Source: an uncultured Alphaproteobacteria bacterium (GTDB lineage: Bacteria > Pseudomonadota > Alphaproteobacteria > Rhizobiales > Xanthobacteraceae). Taken from it: a stretch of DNA of 64,000 nt. Both the position numbers and the translations under genes were made by a program. The notes under the pieces were generated by a model. The model was given only the letters and a program-made list of their open reading frames with translations, had not been told where the DNA came from and did not search any database. Below are positions 52,299 to 60,388 of this stretch, piece after piece. Within the stretch, counting starts at the first letter, position 1. The number at the start of each line of letters is the position of its first letter. Location: NCBI GenBank assembly GCA_963738915.1, contig CAVTYO010000017.1, positions 73,070-137,069 of the forward strand. Direction: 5' to 3'.

Positions 52299-53414
52299 AT
52301 GGCCACCACGATCGACAGCAGTCAGGCAATTTCGCGGCTCACGCCGCTGGCCGAGGTTCTGGCCATGGCGGACGCCGGCGTCAAACCGGTGGCGCCGCGC
52401 ACGATCGACGTTGCCGTAGCCGCGGGGCGTACGCTCGCCGGCGACGCCGTGGTCCACGCCCGGCCCAATGCCGCAACCGCCTTGGCCGACGGCTGGGCGA
52501 TGAACGCGGACGAGACGCAGGGCGCCGGCAGCTACGCGCCTGTGCAGCTCATGCGGACGCCGCAGCGCGTCGAAACCGGGCAGCCGATGCCGCCCGACAC
52601 CGATGGCGTGGCGCCGTTTGACGCGGTGAGGCTTGGCCGTGATCGCGCCGAAGCGCTCAGCCCGGTCAATCCAGGTGCGAGCGTCCTGCCGGCTGGCGGC
52701 GATTGCGACCCGGCGATTCCCTTGCGCCGCACCGGCGAGCGATTGCGTCTGACCGACCTTGCGGCTTTTGCCGGCGCCGGCCTTGCCCGCATCAGCGTGC
52801 GCGAGCCGCGCATCCACGTCCTTCCCGTGCGCGGCAACGCCATCATCAACGCCACGGCGCGGCTGGTGGCTGGTGACATCGAACGCAACGGCGGCGCGCC
52901 GCGGATCGAGACCGGCCGCGATCTCAAGCTGGCGTTTGCTGCGGACAGTCCCGACGGCATCGTCGTCATCGGCGGCACCGGCAGCGGCCGCAACGACACC
53001 AGCGCGCAGTTGCTGGCGCGCGAGGGCAGGCTTGCCGTGCACGGTATCGCGATCACGCCGGGGGAGACCGCGGCCCTCGGATTTGTCGGGTCGCGCCCGG
53101 TGCTGCTGCTGCCGGGGCGGCTCGATGGCGCGCTCGCGGTCTGGCTGACCATCGGCCGGCGTCTGCTGGCGCGTCTTGCCGGCGGCGACGACAGTGAACC
53201 GGCGGCGAACGTCAAACTTGCGCGCAAGGTTTCCTCGCCGCTCGGCCTTACCGAATTCGTCCCGGTGCGCCGCAGCGGCGATACCGCCGAACCGCTGGCG
53301 GCGAAATATCTGCCGTTCTCGACGCTGGCGCGCGCCGACGGCTGGATTCTTGTGCCGGCCGGCAGCGAGGGCTATTCGGAAGGCGCGACAGTGGCGGTGA
53401 GGCCGTGGCCGTAA
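52299..53414 (+). CDS. Degenerate MoeA-like protein (MoeA domain order retained, catalytic motifs eroded)
   Basis: 371 aa, collinear with MoeA: DGWAM for DG(F/Y)A(L/V)R, GGTGSGRND for GG(V/T)SxGxxD, LLPGRLDGA for LPGNPV. The (S/T)TGDE(L/V) motif is missing. Confidence 0.65.
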   Translation: MATTIDSSQAISRLTPLAEVLAMADAGVKPVAPRTIDVAVAAGRTLAGDAVVHARPNAATALADGWAMNADETQGAGSYAPVQLMRTPQRVETGQPMPPDTDGVAPFDAVRLGRDRAEALSPVNPGASVLPAGGDCDPAIPLRRTGERLRLTDLAAFAGAGLARISVREPRIHVLPVRGNAIINATARLVAGDIERNGGAPRIETGRDLKLAFAADSPDGIVVIGGTGSGRNDTSAQLLAREGRLAVHGIAITPGETAALGFVGSRPVLLLPGRLDGALAVWLTIGRRLLARLAGGDDSEPAANVKLARKVSSPLGLTEFVPVRRSGDTAEPLAAKYLPFSTLARADGWILVPAGSEGYSEGATVAVRPWP

Positions 53415-53435
53415 AAAGAAGAATGTGACGCTTGT

Positions 53436-55427
53436 ATGAGCGGTGAGCAAAAGGCCCCTGCCCAGGCCGAGAGCGATCTGATCGCGCGGGTGCGAGCGGC
53501 GGCGCGGCAGGAGCAGTTCCTCGAGGCCGTTTCGGCGGAGGAAGCGCGCGCGCGTTTCGAGCGGCACCTCGATCTGACGCCGCTTGCCGGCGAGGAGGTG
53601 GCGCTTGCCGATGCGCTCAACCGCGCGCTTGCCGCGGATGTCGTGGCGGCGGTCGATGCGCCGCCGTTCGACCGCTCCAACGTCGACGGCTTTGCGTTGC
53701 GCGCGGCCGACAGCACAGGCGCAAGCGACGTCGCGCCGAAGCGGCTGACGCTCAACGTCGAAGTGATCGCCTGCGGCCATGCGCCCAAGATCGAAGTTGC
53801 GCCGGGCACCGTGACCGCCATCGCCACCGGTGGCGTGCTGCCGCGTGGCGCCGACGCGGTCATCATGATCGAGCATACCGAGCTGCTGGATGGTCCGGCG
53901 CCGGCCATCGAGTTGCGCCGCACGATCCGATCCGGACAGTTCATCTCTTACGCGGGCTCCGACATCGCCCGCGGCGAAACCTTGCTGCGGCGGGGAACGC
54001 GCATCGGTTCGCGCGAAATCGGCATGCTTGCGGCAAGCGGGCTGGGGCGCGTCAGTGTCGTGCGGCGGCCGAAAGTGGCGGTGCTGTCGACCGGTGATGA
54101 ATTGGTGGCGCCGGGACAGCCGCTGAAGCCGGCGGGCGTCTACGACAGCAACGGCGCCATCATCGCCGCGGCGGTTGTCGAAGCCGGCGGCGAGCCGATA
54201 TCGATGGGCGCATTTCCCGACGACGAGGCCGTGCTGGAAAAAGCCGCGCGCGCAGCCCTGTCGGTCAGCGACATGGTGGTGCTTTCCGGCGGCACGTCGA
54301 AGGGCGCCGGAGATTTGTCGCATGCAGTCGTCGCAAAACTCGGCGCGCCGGGCATTCTGGTGCATGGCGTCGCACTCAAGCCGGGCAAGCCGCTCTGCCT
54401 CGGTGTTGTCGGCGACAAGCCGATCGTGGTGCTGCCGGGGTTTCCGACCTCGGCAATCTTTACCTTCCACGCCTTCGCCGCGCCGGTCATCCGCGCCCGC
54501 GCCGGCCTGCCGCCGGAAGCGGCTAAAACGGTCGCTGCGCATGTTCCTCTGCGCATCGCGTCCGAACTCGGCCGCAAGGAATTCGTGCTGGTCTCATTGG
54601 TCGCTGCGCCCGGCGGCACGCTGGCATTCCCGACCGACAAGGGCTCCGGCTCGGTGACCAGCTTTTCCCAGGCCGACGGGTTCATCGAAATCGACGCGCT
54701 GGCCAATGCGCTCGACGCCGATTCGGACGTCCACGTGACGCTGATCGGCAGCGCCGCGCGCGCGCCCGATCTCATCATCGTGGGTAGCCACGATATCGCC
54801 CTCGATGTCGTGGTCGGCGCGCTTTCCCAGCGCGGCGTCTCGGCACGCACGCTTGCCGTCGGCAGCCTCGGCGGCGTTGCAGCGGCAAGCCGCGGCCAAT
54901 GCGACATCGCGCCGGTGCATCTGATCAATTCTGTCACGGCCAAATACAATGTGCATCTGGTAACGCCGGCCTTGAGTCTGGTGCGCGGCTGGCAGCGCAT
55001 GCAGGGCGTTCTCTTCCGTCCAGGCGACGTGCGCTTTGCCGGACGCAGCGCGCGCGAGGCGCTGAAGATAGTGCTGGCCGATACATCCGCGCTGATGGTC
55101 AACCGCAATGCCGGTGCCGGGACACGGGTGCTCATCGACAAGTTGCTGGAGGGCGCCCGGCCTCCCGGCTATGCCAATCAGCCGAAGTCGCATAACGCCG
55201 TCGCCGCCGCGATCGCGCAAGGCCGCGCCGATTGGGGCGTCGCCATCGAGCCAGTGGCGAAACTCTACGGGCTCGGCTTTTTGCCGGTGGCGCCGGAACA
55301 ATATGACTTCCTCGTGGTCGAGAGCCGCCGCGAGCGGGCGCCGGTGCAGGCGTTTCTCGAAACCTTGCGCGATCCGGCGACGCGCGCGCGTATCGCCGCG
55401 CTCGGCATGCAGCCCTCCGATGGCTGA
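53436..55427 (+). CDS. MoeA-family molybdopterin molybdotransferase fused to a C-terminal PBP-like (oxyanion-binding type) domain
   Basis: 663 aa. MoeA motifs: FDRSNVDGFALR, VLSTGDELVAPG, LSGGTSKGAGD, VLPGFPTSA. A ~240-aa type-2 binding-protein-like domain follows (IVGSHDIALDVV..NRNAGAGTRVL..ADWGVAIEPVA). Confidence 0.8.
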   Translation: MSGEQKAPAQAESDLIARVRAAARQEQFLEAVSAEEARARFERHLDLTPLAGEEVALADALNRALAADVVAAVDAPPFDRSNVDGFALRAADSTGASDVAPKRLTLNVEVIACGHAPKIEVAPGTVTAIATGGVLPRGADAVIMIEHTELLDGPAPAIELRRTIRSGQFISYAGSDIARGETLLRRGTRIGSREIGMLAASGLGRVSVVRRPKVAVLSTGDELVAPGQPLKPAGVYDSNGAIIAAAVVEAGGEPISMGAFPDDEAVLEKAARAALSVSDMVVLSGGTSKGAGDLSHAVVAKLGAPGILVHGVALKPGKPLCLGVVGDKPIVVLPGFPTSAIFTFHAFAAPVIRARAGLPPEAAKTVAAHVPLRIASELGRKEFVLVSLVAAPGGTLAFPTDKGSGSVTSFSQADGFIEIDALANALDADSDVHVTLIGSAARAPDLIIVGSHDIALDVVVGALSQRGVSARTLAVGSLGGVAAASRGQCDIAPVHLINSVTAKYNVHLVTPALSLVRGWQRMQGVLFRPGDVRFAGRSAREALKIVLADTSALMVNRNAGAGTRVLIDKLLEGARPPGYANQPKSHNAVAAAIAQGRADWGVAIEPVAKLYGLGFLPVAPEQYDFLVVESRRERAPVQAFLETLRDPATRARIAALGMQPSDG

Positions 55428-55517
55428 CGTAAGAGCAATGTGGACCAAACGCACGCAGGGTCAGGCGGCCGCACCGTGCTATATGACATCGCGGGACCTT
55501 CGAGGACGTCGGTTTCT

Positions 55518-56048
55518 ATGAGCACCATGCGCATCGTCGGCCTCGCCGGCTGGAGCGGTTCGGGCAAGACCACGTTGATCACCAAGGCGATCCCGCGCCT
55601 CATCGCGCGCGGCGTGCACGTCTCGACGATCAAGCATGCGCATCACGGCTTCGACATGGATCAGCCGGGCAAGGATTCCTTCATGCACCGGGCCGCTGGC
55701 GCGACCGAAGTGGCGATTTCCTCGGCTAATCGCTGGGCCGTTCTGCGCGAACTGCGCGGCGAGCCGGAATGGAATCTGGCCGGGCTGCTCGCCAAGCTGT
55801 CGCCGGTCGATATCGTGCTGGTCGAGGGCTTCAAGCGCGACCGGATGGTCCCGAAGGTTGAAATCTTCCGTGCCGCCAACGGCAAGCCGCTGCTGCATCC
55901 GGAGGACCCGAGCATCGCGGCGATTGCCGCCGATGGTCCGATCGCGGCCGCGACCGTTCCGGTGGTCAATCTCAACGACATCGAAGCCGTGGTCGATGTG
56001 CTGCTCAAATATGCCGTGCCGGTCAGTGCGGCGTTGCGAGGCGGCTGA
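55518..56048 (+). CDS. mobB: Molybdopterin-guanine dinucleotide biosynthesis adapter protein MobB
   Basis: ATG 55518. P-loop GWSGSGKTTL, HHGFDMDQPGKDS, VLVEGFK. Confidence 0.88.
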   Translation: MSTMRIVGLAGWSGSGKTTLITKAIPRLIARGVHVSTIKHAHHGFDMDQPGKDSFMHRAAGATEVAISSANRWAVLRELRGEPEWNLAGLLAKLSPVDIVLVEGFKRDRMVPKVEIFRAANGKPLLHPEDPSIAAIAADGPIAAATVPVVNLNDIEAVVDVLLKYAVPVSAALRGG

Positions 56049-57322
56049 TGGCGCAACTGAGCGACGATTGTTTCGCCTTTTCCGGTTCGCTGCTGCCGCT
56101 CGCCGACATGGAGCGGCTGATCGGCGAGCGCGTCGCGCCGGTCGGCGAGACCGAGCGGGTGCCGTTGCGCGCCGCGCGCGGGCGCGTCACCGCAGCCGAC
56201 ATCAAGGCGCCGATCGATTTGCCGCCGTTCGACAACTCGGCGGTCGACGGCTACGCCCTGCGCCACGCCGACCTCAAGGCCAAGGCGGACAGCAGCCTTG
56301 CAATCGCCGGCCGCCTGACCGCCGGCCAGCGCCCGGACATTGCGCTAAAGCCGGGTGAAGCCATCCGGATTTTCACCGGCGCGGCAATGCCGGCAGGGGC
56401 CGATACCGTGTTCATGCAGGAAGACGTGCGCCTAGAGGGCGATCGCGTCATTGTGCCGAGCGGCCTCACGCGCGGCGCCAACCGTCGCCTTGCCGGCGAA
56501 GACGCGGCTAAAGGCGCGGTCGTGCTGCCGGCCGGAACGGTGCTTGAGGCGCAGCACATTGCGCTTGCGGCGGCGCTCGGCATCACCGAACTCGAAGTGC
56601 GCCGGCGGCTCAAGGTCGCGATCTTTTCCACCGGTGATGAGGTGGTCGAGCCGGGCACGCCGCGCGGCAGCGCGGCGATCTACGACGCCAACCGCTATCT
56701 GCTGGCCGCATTGCTGGAGCGGCTAGACGCGCAGGTTACCGACCTCGGCATTCTCGGCGACGATCCGGCGGAACTGGCGCGCGCGCTTGGCGAGGCCGCC
56801 GCCGGCCACGATTTGGTCATTACCTCGGGGGGCGTGTCCGCCGGAGAAGCCGACCATGTACGCAGCGCGGTCGAGCGCATCGGCAGCCTGGTATTCTGGC
56901 GCGTCGCTATCAAGCCGGGACGGCCGGTCGCCATGGGTGTGATCCGCGGCGCCACCAATCTCGATAGCCCTGCCTTCGTCGGCCTGCCGGGAAATCCGGT
57001 TGCCGTCTTCGTGACCTTTGTGCGCGTGGTCAAGCCGCTGCTGCGGCGCCTCGGCGGCGCCCGGGCGCAGCACCTGATTCCGCTGCAGGTGCGCGCCGCC
57101 TTCGCCTACCGTAAAAAGAAAGATCGTCGCGAATACGTGCGGGTCGCCCTGCGGCGCGGCGCCGACGGCGAAATCGAGGCGGTGAAGCACCCCCAGGATG
57201 GCGCCGGAATATTGATGTCGCTGACAGAGACCGACGGGCTGCTCGAATTTGCCGAAGACGTGACCGGGATAGAGCCCGGCGAGCGCGTGGGCTTTTTGTC
57301 TTACGCCGCGCTCACCAGCTAG
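56048..57322 (+). CDS. moeA: Molybdopterin molybdotransferase MoeA (canonical copy)
   Basis: 424 aa. FDNSAVDGYALR, IFSTGDEVVEPG, TSGGVSAGEADH, GLPGNPVAV. Its start overlaps the mobB stop (TGATG). Confidence 0.9.
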   Translation: MAQLSDDCFAFSGSLLPLADMERLIGERVAPVGETERVPLRAARGRVTAADIKAPIDLPPFDNSAVDGYALRHADLKAKADSSLAIAGRLTAGQRPDIALKPGEAIRIFTGAAMPAGADTVFMQEDVRLEGDRVIVPSGLTRGANRRLAGEDAAKGAVVLPAGTVLEAQHIALAAALGITELEVRRRLKVAIFSTGDEVVEPGTPRGSAAIYDANRYLLAALLERLDAQVTDLGILGDDPAELARALGEAAAGHDLVITSGGVSAGEADHVRSAVERIGSLVFWRVAIKPGRPVAMGVIRGATNLDSPAFVGLPGNPVAVFVTFVRVVKPLLRRLGGARAQHLIPLQVRAAFAYRKKKDRREYVRVALRRGADGEIEAVKHPQDGAGILMSLTETDGLLEFAEDVTGIEPGERVGFLSYAALTS

Positions 57323-57960
57323 CCGCCTTGCGCCTGCAGCGCAATGCGTGCCGCGCGCTCGGCGTCTTCCGGCGTGTTCACGTTGAAGAAGGGGTCGACC
57401 GGTTCGGCCGGCCAGTCGGCAATGGCGACGCCATGCTGCGCCGTCCACGCCTCGATCTTGCGCAGATTGTCTTCGACTAGCGACTTGCGCAGGCTGTCGC
57501 GCAGCGCCAGCGGCCACAAGCCGACGACCGGATGGCGCCATTCGCCGGAGCGGGCGCAGGCCAGCGGCACGCCGGCGCCCATCTTGCGTCGGGCCATGTG
57601 CAGACGCTCGACCAGATCGTCGGGCAGGAACGGGCAATCGCCCGGCACGCTGAGGACCCATTCGACGCCGTTGTCCTGCTTCGCCAGCCAATCGAGGCCG
57701 GCGAGAATGCCGGCCAGCGGCCCGGCAAAGCCGGGCACATTGTCGGGCACGACTTCCAGCCCGGTGTCGGCGAAGCGTTCGGGGTCGCCGTTGGCGTTGA
57801 TGATGATGCCGGTGCACTGCGCCGAGAGCGTCGCCAGCACCCGGTCGAGAATGCTGATGCCGCCGATCTCAAGCCGCGCCTTGTCGCCGCCGCCCATGCG
57901 GCGCGCGAGGCCGCCGGCAAGCACGAGCCCGAGTGTGGGAGGAATTGGGATGTCAGCCAC
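57319..57960 (-). CDS. mobA: Molybdenum cofactor guanylyltransferase MobA
   Basis: GTG start. LVLAGGLARRMGGGDK and PGDCPFLP motifs. It is convergent with moeA and shares a CTAG stop overlap. Confidence 0.88.
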   Translation of the reverse strand: MADIPIPPTLGLVLAGGLARRMGGGDKARLEIGGISILDRVLATLSAQCTGIIINANGDPERFADTGLEVVPDNVPGFAGPLAGILAGLDWLAKQDNGVEWVLSVPGDCPFLPDDLVERLHMARRKMGAGVPLACARSGEWRHPVVGLWPLALRDSLRKSLVEDNLRKIEAWTAQHGVAIADWPAEPVDPFFNVNTPEDAERAARIALQAQGG

Positions 57961-57968
57961 AGTGCGTC

Positions 57969-58070
57969 GTCATTCCGGGGCGCGAGTTAAAGCGAGCGAA
58001 CCCGAAATCCAGACACGCCCACGTTCGTCTCTGGATTCCGGCTCCGCGCTGACGCGCGTCCCGGAATGAC
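57969..58070. repeat. ~100-bp nested imperfect palindrome (REP/MITE-like intergenic element)
   Basis: The outer arms gtcattccggggcgcg (57969-57984) and cgcgtcccggaatgac (58055-58070) have 1 mismatch. The inner arms are cccgaaatccaga and tctggattccgg. Confidence 0.6.
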
Positions 58071-58078
58071 AGAGTGGA

Positions 58079-58963
58079 TTACTCATCATGCATCGCGGCT
58101 TTGCGCCGGTGCTTTGAGCTTTCCTCCTCGACATAGGCAAGGTCCTGGTCGAAGACGATGCGGTCCTCGCCGGCAAGCGCGACAAAGCGTTTGCCGCGGG
58201 CGCGGCCGATCAGCGTCAGGTTGGCCTTGCGCGCGAGTTCCACACCCCACGCTGTAAATCCGGAACGTGAGATCAGGATAGGGATGCCCATGCGCACGGT
58301 CTTGATCACCATCTCCGAAGTGAGGCGGCCGGTGGTGTAGAAAATCTTGTCGGACGGCGACACCTTTTCCTTGAACATCCAGCCGGCGATCTTGTCCACC
58401 GCGTTATGGCGGCCGACGTCTTCCATATAGACGAGCGGCTTGTCCTCGTGCGCCAGAACGCAGCCGTGGATGGCGCCGGCTTCGAGATAAAGCGACGGCG
58501 TGGTGTTGATCACATTGGTCAGCTTGTAGAGCCAGGAGGTGCGCAAGCTCGCCTTGGGCAATTGCACGCCTTCCAGCGCTTCCATCAGGTCGCCGAACAC
58601 GGTGCCCTGCGCGCAACCAGAGGTCTGCACCTTCTTCTTCAGCTTCTTCTCGTAATCGGTCTTGCGCTTTGTGCGCACCACCACAACCGCGAGTTCCTCG
58701 TCGTAATCGACGCCGGTGACCACGTCGTCGGGCAACAGCATATTCTGGTTGAGCAGATAGCCGATCGCCAGATAGTCCGGATAATCGCCGATGGTCATGG
58801 CGGTGACGATTTCCTGCGAGTTGAGGAAAATCGTCAGCGCCCGCTCGACCGTGACCGAGGTCTCGATCCGGCTGCCGGCCTGGTCGATGCCGCTGACGCG
58901 CTCGGTCAGCCGCGGGTCGGCCGGGTTGGGGCGGATGATGTAGCCGTCGGTTTTTTTATCCAC
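58079..58963 (-). CDS. fdhD: Formate dehydrogenase accessory sulfurtransferase FdhD/FdsC family, copy 1
   Basis: 294 aa. The active-loop Cys is in TSGCAQG. GGIHGCVL-like AGAIHGCVL and EDVGRHNAVDK are typical of FdhD. Confidence 0.9.
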   Translation of the reverse strand: MDKKTDGYIIRPNPADPRLTERVSGIDQAGSRIETSVTVERALTIFLNSQEIVTAMTIGDYPDYLAIGYLLNQNMLLPDDVVTGVDYDEELAVVVVRTKRKTDYEKKLKKKVQTSGCAQGTVFGDLMEALEGVQLPKASLRTSWLYKLTNVINTTPSLYLEAGAIHGCVLAHEDKPLVYMEDVGRHNAVDKIAGWMFKEKVSPSDKIFYTTGRLTSEMVIKTVRMGIPILISRSGFTAWGVELARKANLTLIGRARGKRFVALAGEDRIVFDQDLAYVEEESSKHRRKAAMHDE

Positions 58964-59778
58964 GTTTTTGTCCAGAAATTTTGCCTGGCGAAACTATAGC
59001 AGACCTTGCCGCCCACTGCCGAATGCGGGCGCGGGTGGGCAAAAAGCCGCGGCACACACGAATTCCCTGCGCCGCGCTTTCCCCGCTAATATGGTGATCA
59101 AGATAACGGGCCGCAAAGGCCTGTATTTATTCGGGAGGTTGCCAATGTATCGCGGAACCAAGGACATCATGCTGCCGACCACGGTCACCGGCTCGCTGCC
59201 GCGGCCGAGCTGGTACACGGAAAATCTCGGCAGCAAACATTTCCTCGAAGCCATGGTGTCGCGCCGCTTCCGCGAGCAATACGAGGATGCGCTCACCTGC
59301 TACCTGCGCGACCAGGAGATTGCCGGGCTCGACATCGTCACCGACGGCGACTGCCGCTTCGACGACGATGTCGGCGGCCAGAGCTGGACGGCATACCCGC
59401 CGAACCACATGACCGGCCTCGACGTCGAGCATCAGGTGCCGACGCCGGCGGGCCGCGGCGGGGTCTGGTTTCCGCGCGGTCACATTCTGCACGATTATCT
59501 GGAGTCGCGGGTGATGCCGGTGATCACCGGCCCGGTCGGCCGCGGCAATCTGCAATACACGGCGATGTGGAAGGCGGCGCAGCGCTTCACCGAGAAGCCG
59601 GTGAAATTCGGCGCGGTGTCGGCGGAGATCGTCGCCTTCGCGTTGCAGGACCGCCACTACAAGAGCATCCCCGACCGCATGCTCGCCTTCGCCGACGCCT
59701 TCAACGAGGAATACAACGAACTCGCCGACGCCGGCTGCCCGGTGATCCAGATCGAGGAGCCGCAGATCCACATGATCG
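58094..59778. repeat. Direct repeat, copy 1 (at least 1685 bp; partner at +4222)
   Basis: My base-by-base comparison with 62316..64000 found 12 substitutions and no indels. Confidence 0.95.
58964..59144. promoter_or_regulatory. Divergent fdhD / MetE-like control region (duplicated at 63186..63366)
   Basis: A 181-nt gap between divergent starts, GC-rich with several hairpins (gcccac..gtgggc; ggcc gcaaa ggcc). GGGAGG lies 7 nt before ATG 59145. Promoters were not resolved. Confidence 0.35.
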
Positions 59779-60329
59779 CGGCGCGCAAGGTGCAGGACAA
59801 GGTGATCACGCCGCAATTCATCGTCGAGGTGTTCAACCGCACGGTCAAGGGCCTGCGCGCCAAGACCGAGGTCTGGGCGCATTCCTGCTGGGGCAATCCG
59901 TCGCAGCAGAAGATGTTCGCCAAGGACATCAGCTACAAGCCGTCGCTCGAGACCTACAACACGGTGGACGCCGACGTCATCACCTTCGAGGCGGCAAGCT
60001 CCGGCTACATGGACCTCGAAGCCATCGGCAAGACCATCGTCGGAAAGAAAATCGCCATCGGCGTCATCGACCACCACACGCTGCAAGTGGAAAATCCCGA
60101 GGACGTCGCCGCCGCCATTCGCAACGCGCTAAAATGGATTCCGCCCGAGCGGCTGGTGATTTCGTCGGATTGCGGCATGGGCCGCGAGGGCATGAGCCGC
60201 CGCCACGCCTTCTACAAGATGGTGTCGCTGGTGCTCGGCACCAACATCGTGCGCAAGGAGCTTGGCTTCCCCGAGGCCAAGTGTCTCGCCGCCGACGAGC
60301 GCTACTCGCTGGTGGTGCCGGTCAAGTGA
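59145..60329 (+). CDS. MetE-C-terminal-domain-like (Meth_synt_2 family) zinc-dependent thiol alkyl/methyltransferase, copy 1
   Basis: 394 aa. PTTVTGSLPRPSW is a MetE-like N-terminus. The Zn-ligand pattern is H-x-C (WAHSCWGN), Glu (ITFEAAS) and Cys (ISSDCGMG). Confidence 0.8.
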   Translation: MYRGTKDIMLPTTVTGSLPRPSWYTENLGSKHFLEAMVSRRFREQYEDALTCYLRDQEIAGLDIVTDGDCRFDDDVGGQSWTAYPPNHMTGLDVEHQVPTPAGRGGVWFPRGHILHDYLESRVMPVITGPVGRGNLQYTAMWKAAQRFTEKPVKFGAVSAEIVAFALQDRHYKSIPDRMLAFADAFNEEYNELADAGCPVIQIEEPQIHMIAARKVQDKVITPQFIVEVFNRTVKGLRAKTEVWAHSCWGNPSQQKMFAKDISYKPSLETYNTVDADVITFEAASSGYMDLEAIGKTIVGKKIAIGVIDHHTLQVENPEDVAAAIRNALKWIPPERLVISSDCGMGREGMSRRHAFYKMVSLVLGTNIVRKELGFPEAKCLAADERYSLVVPVK

Positions 60330-60388
60330 GCCTGCAGCGCTCATCCTGACGCGCTCGACCGCGGGCACAACGCCGGCGCGACGGCCAA

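Noticed and set aside
58964-59144. A cobalamin or Moco riboswitch upstream of the MetE-like gene.
   Set aside because: I saw only a partial B12-box-like string (cagaccttgcc) and generic GC hairpins. The conserved aptamer core could not be recognised without a covariance model, so it is kept as a low-confidence hypothesis rather than a feature.
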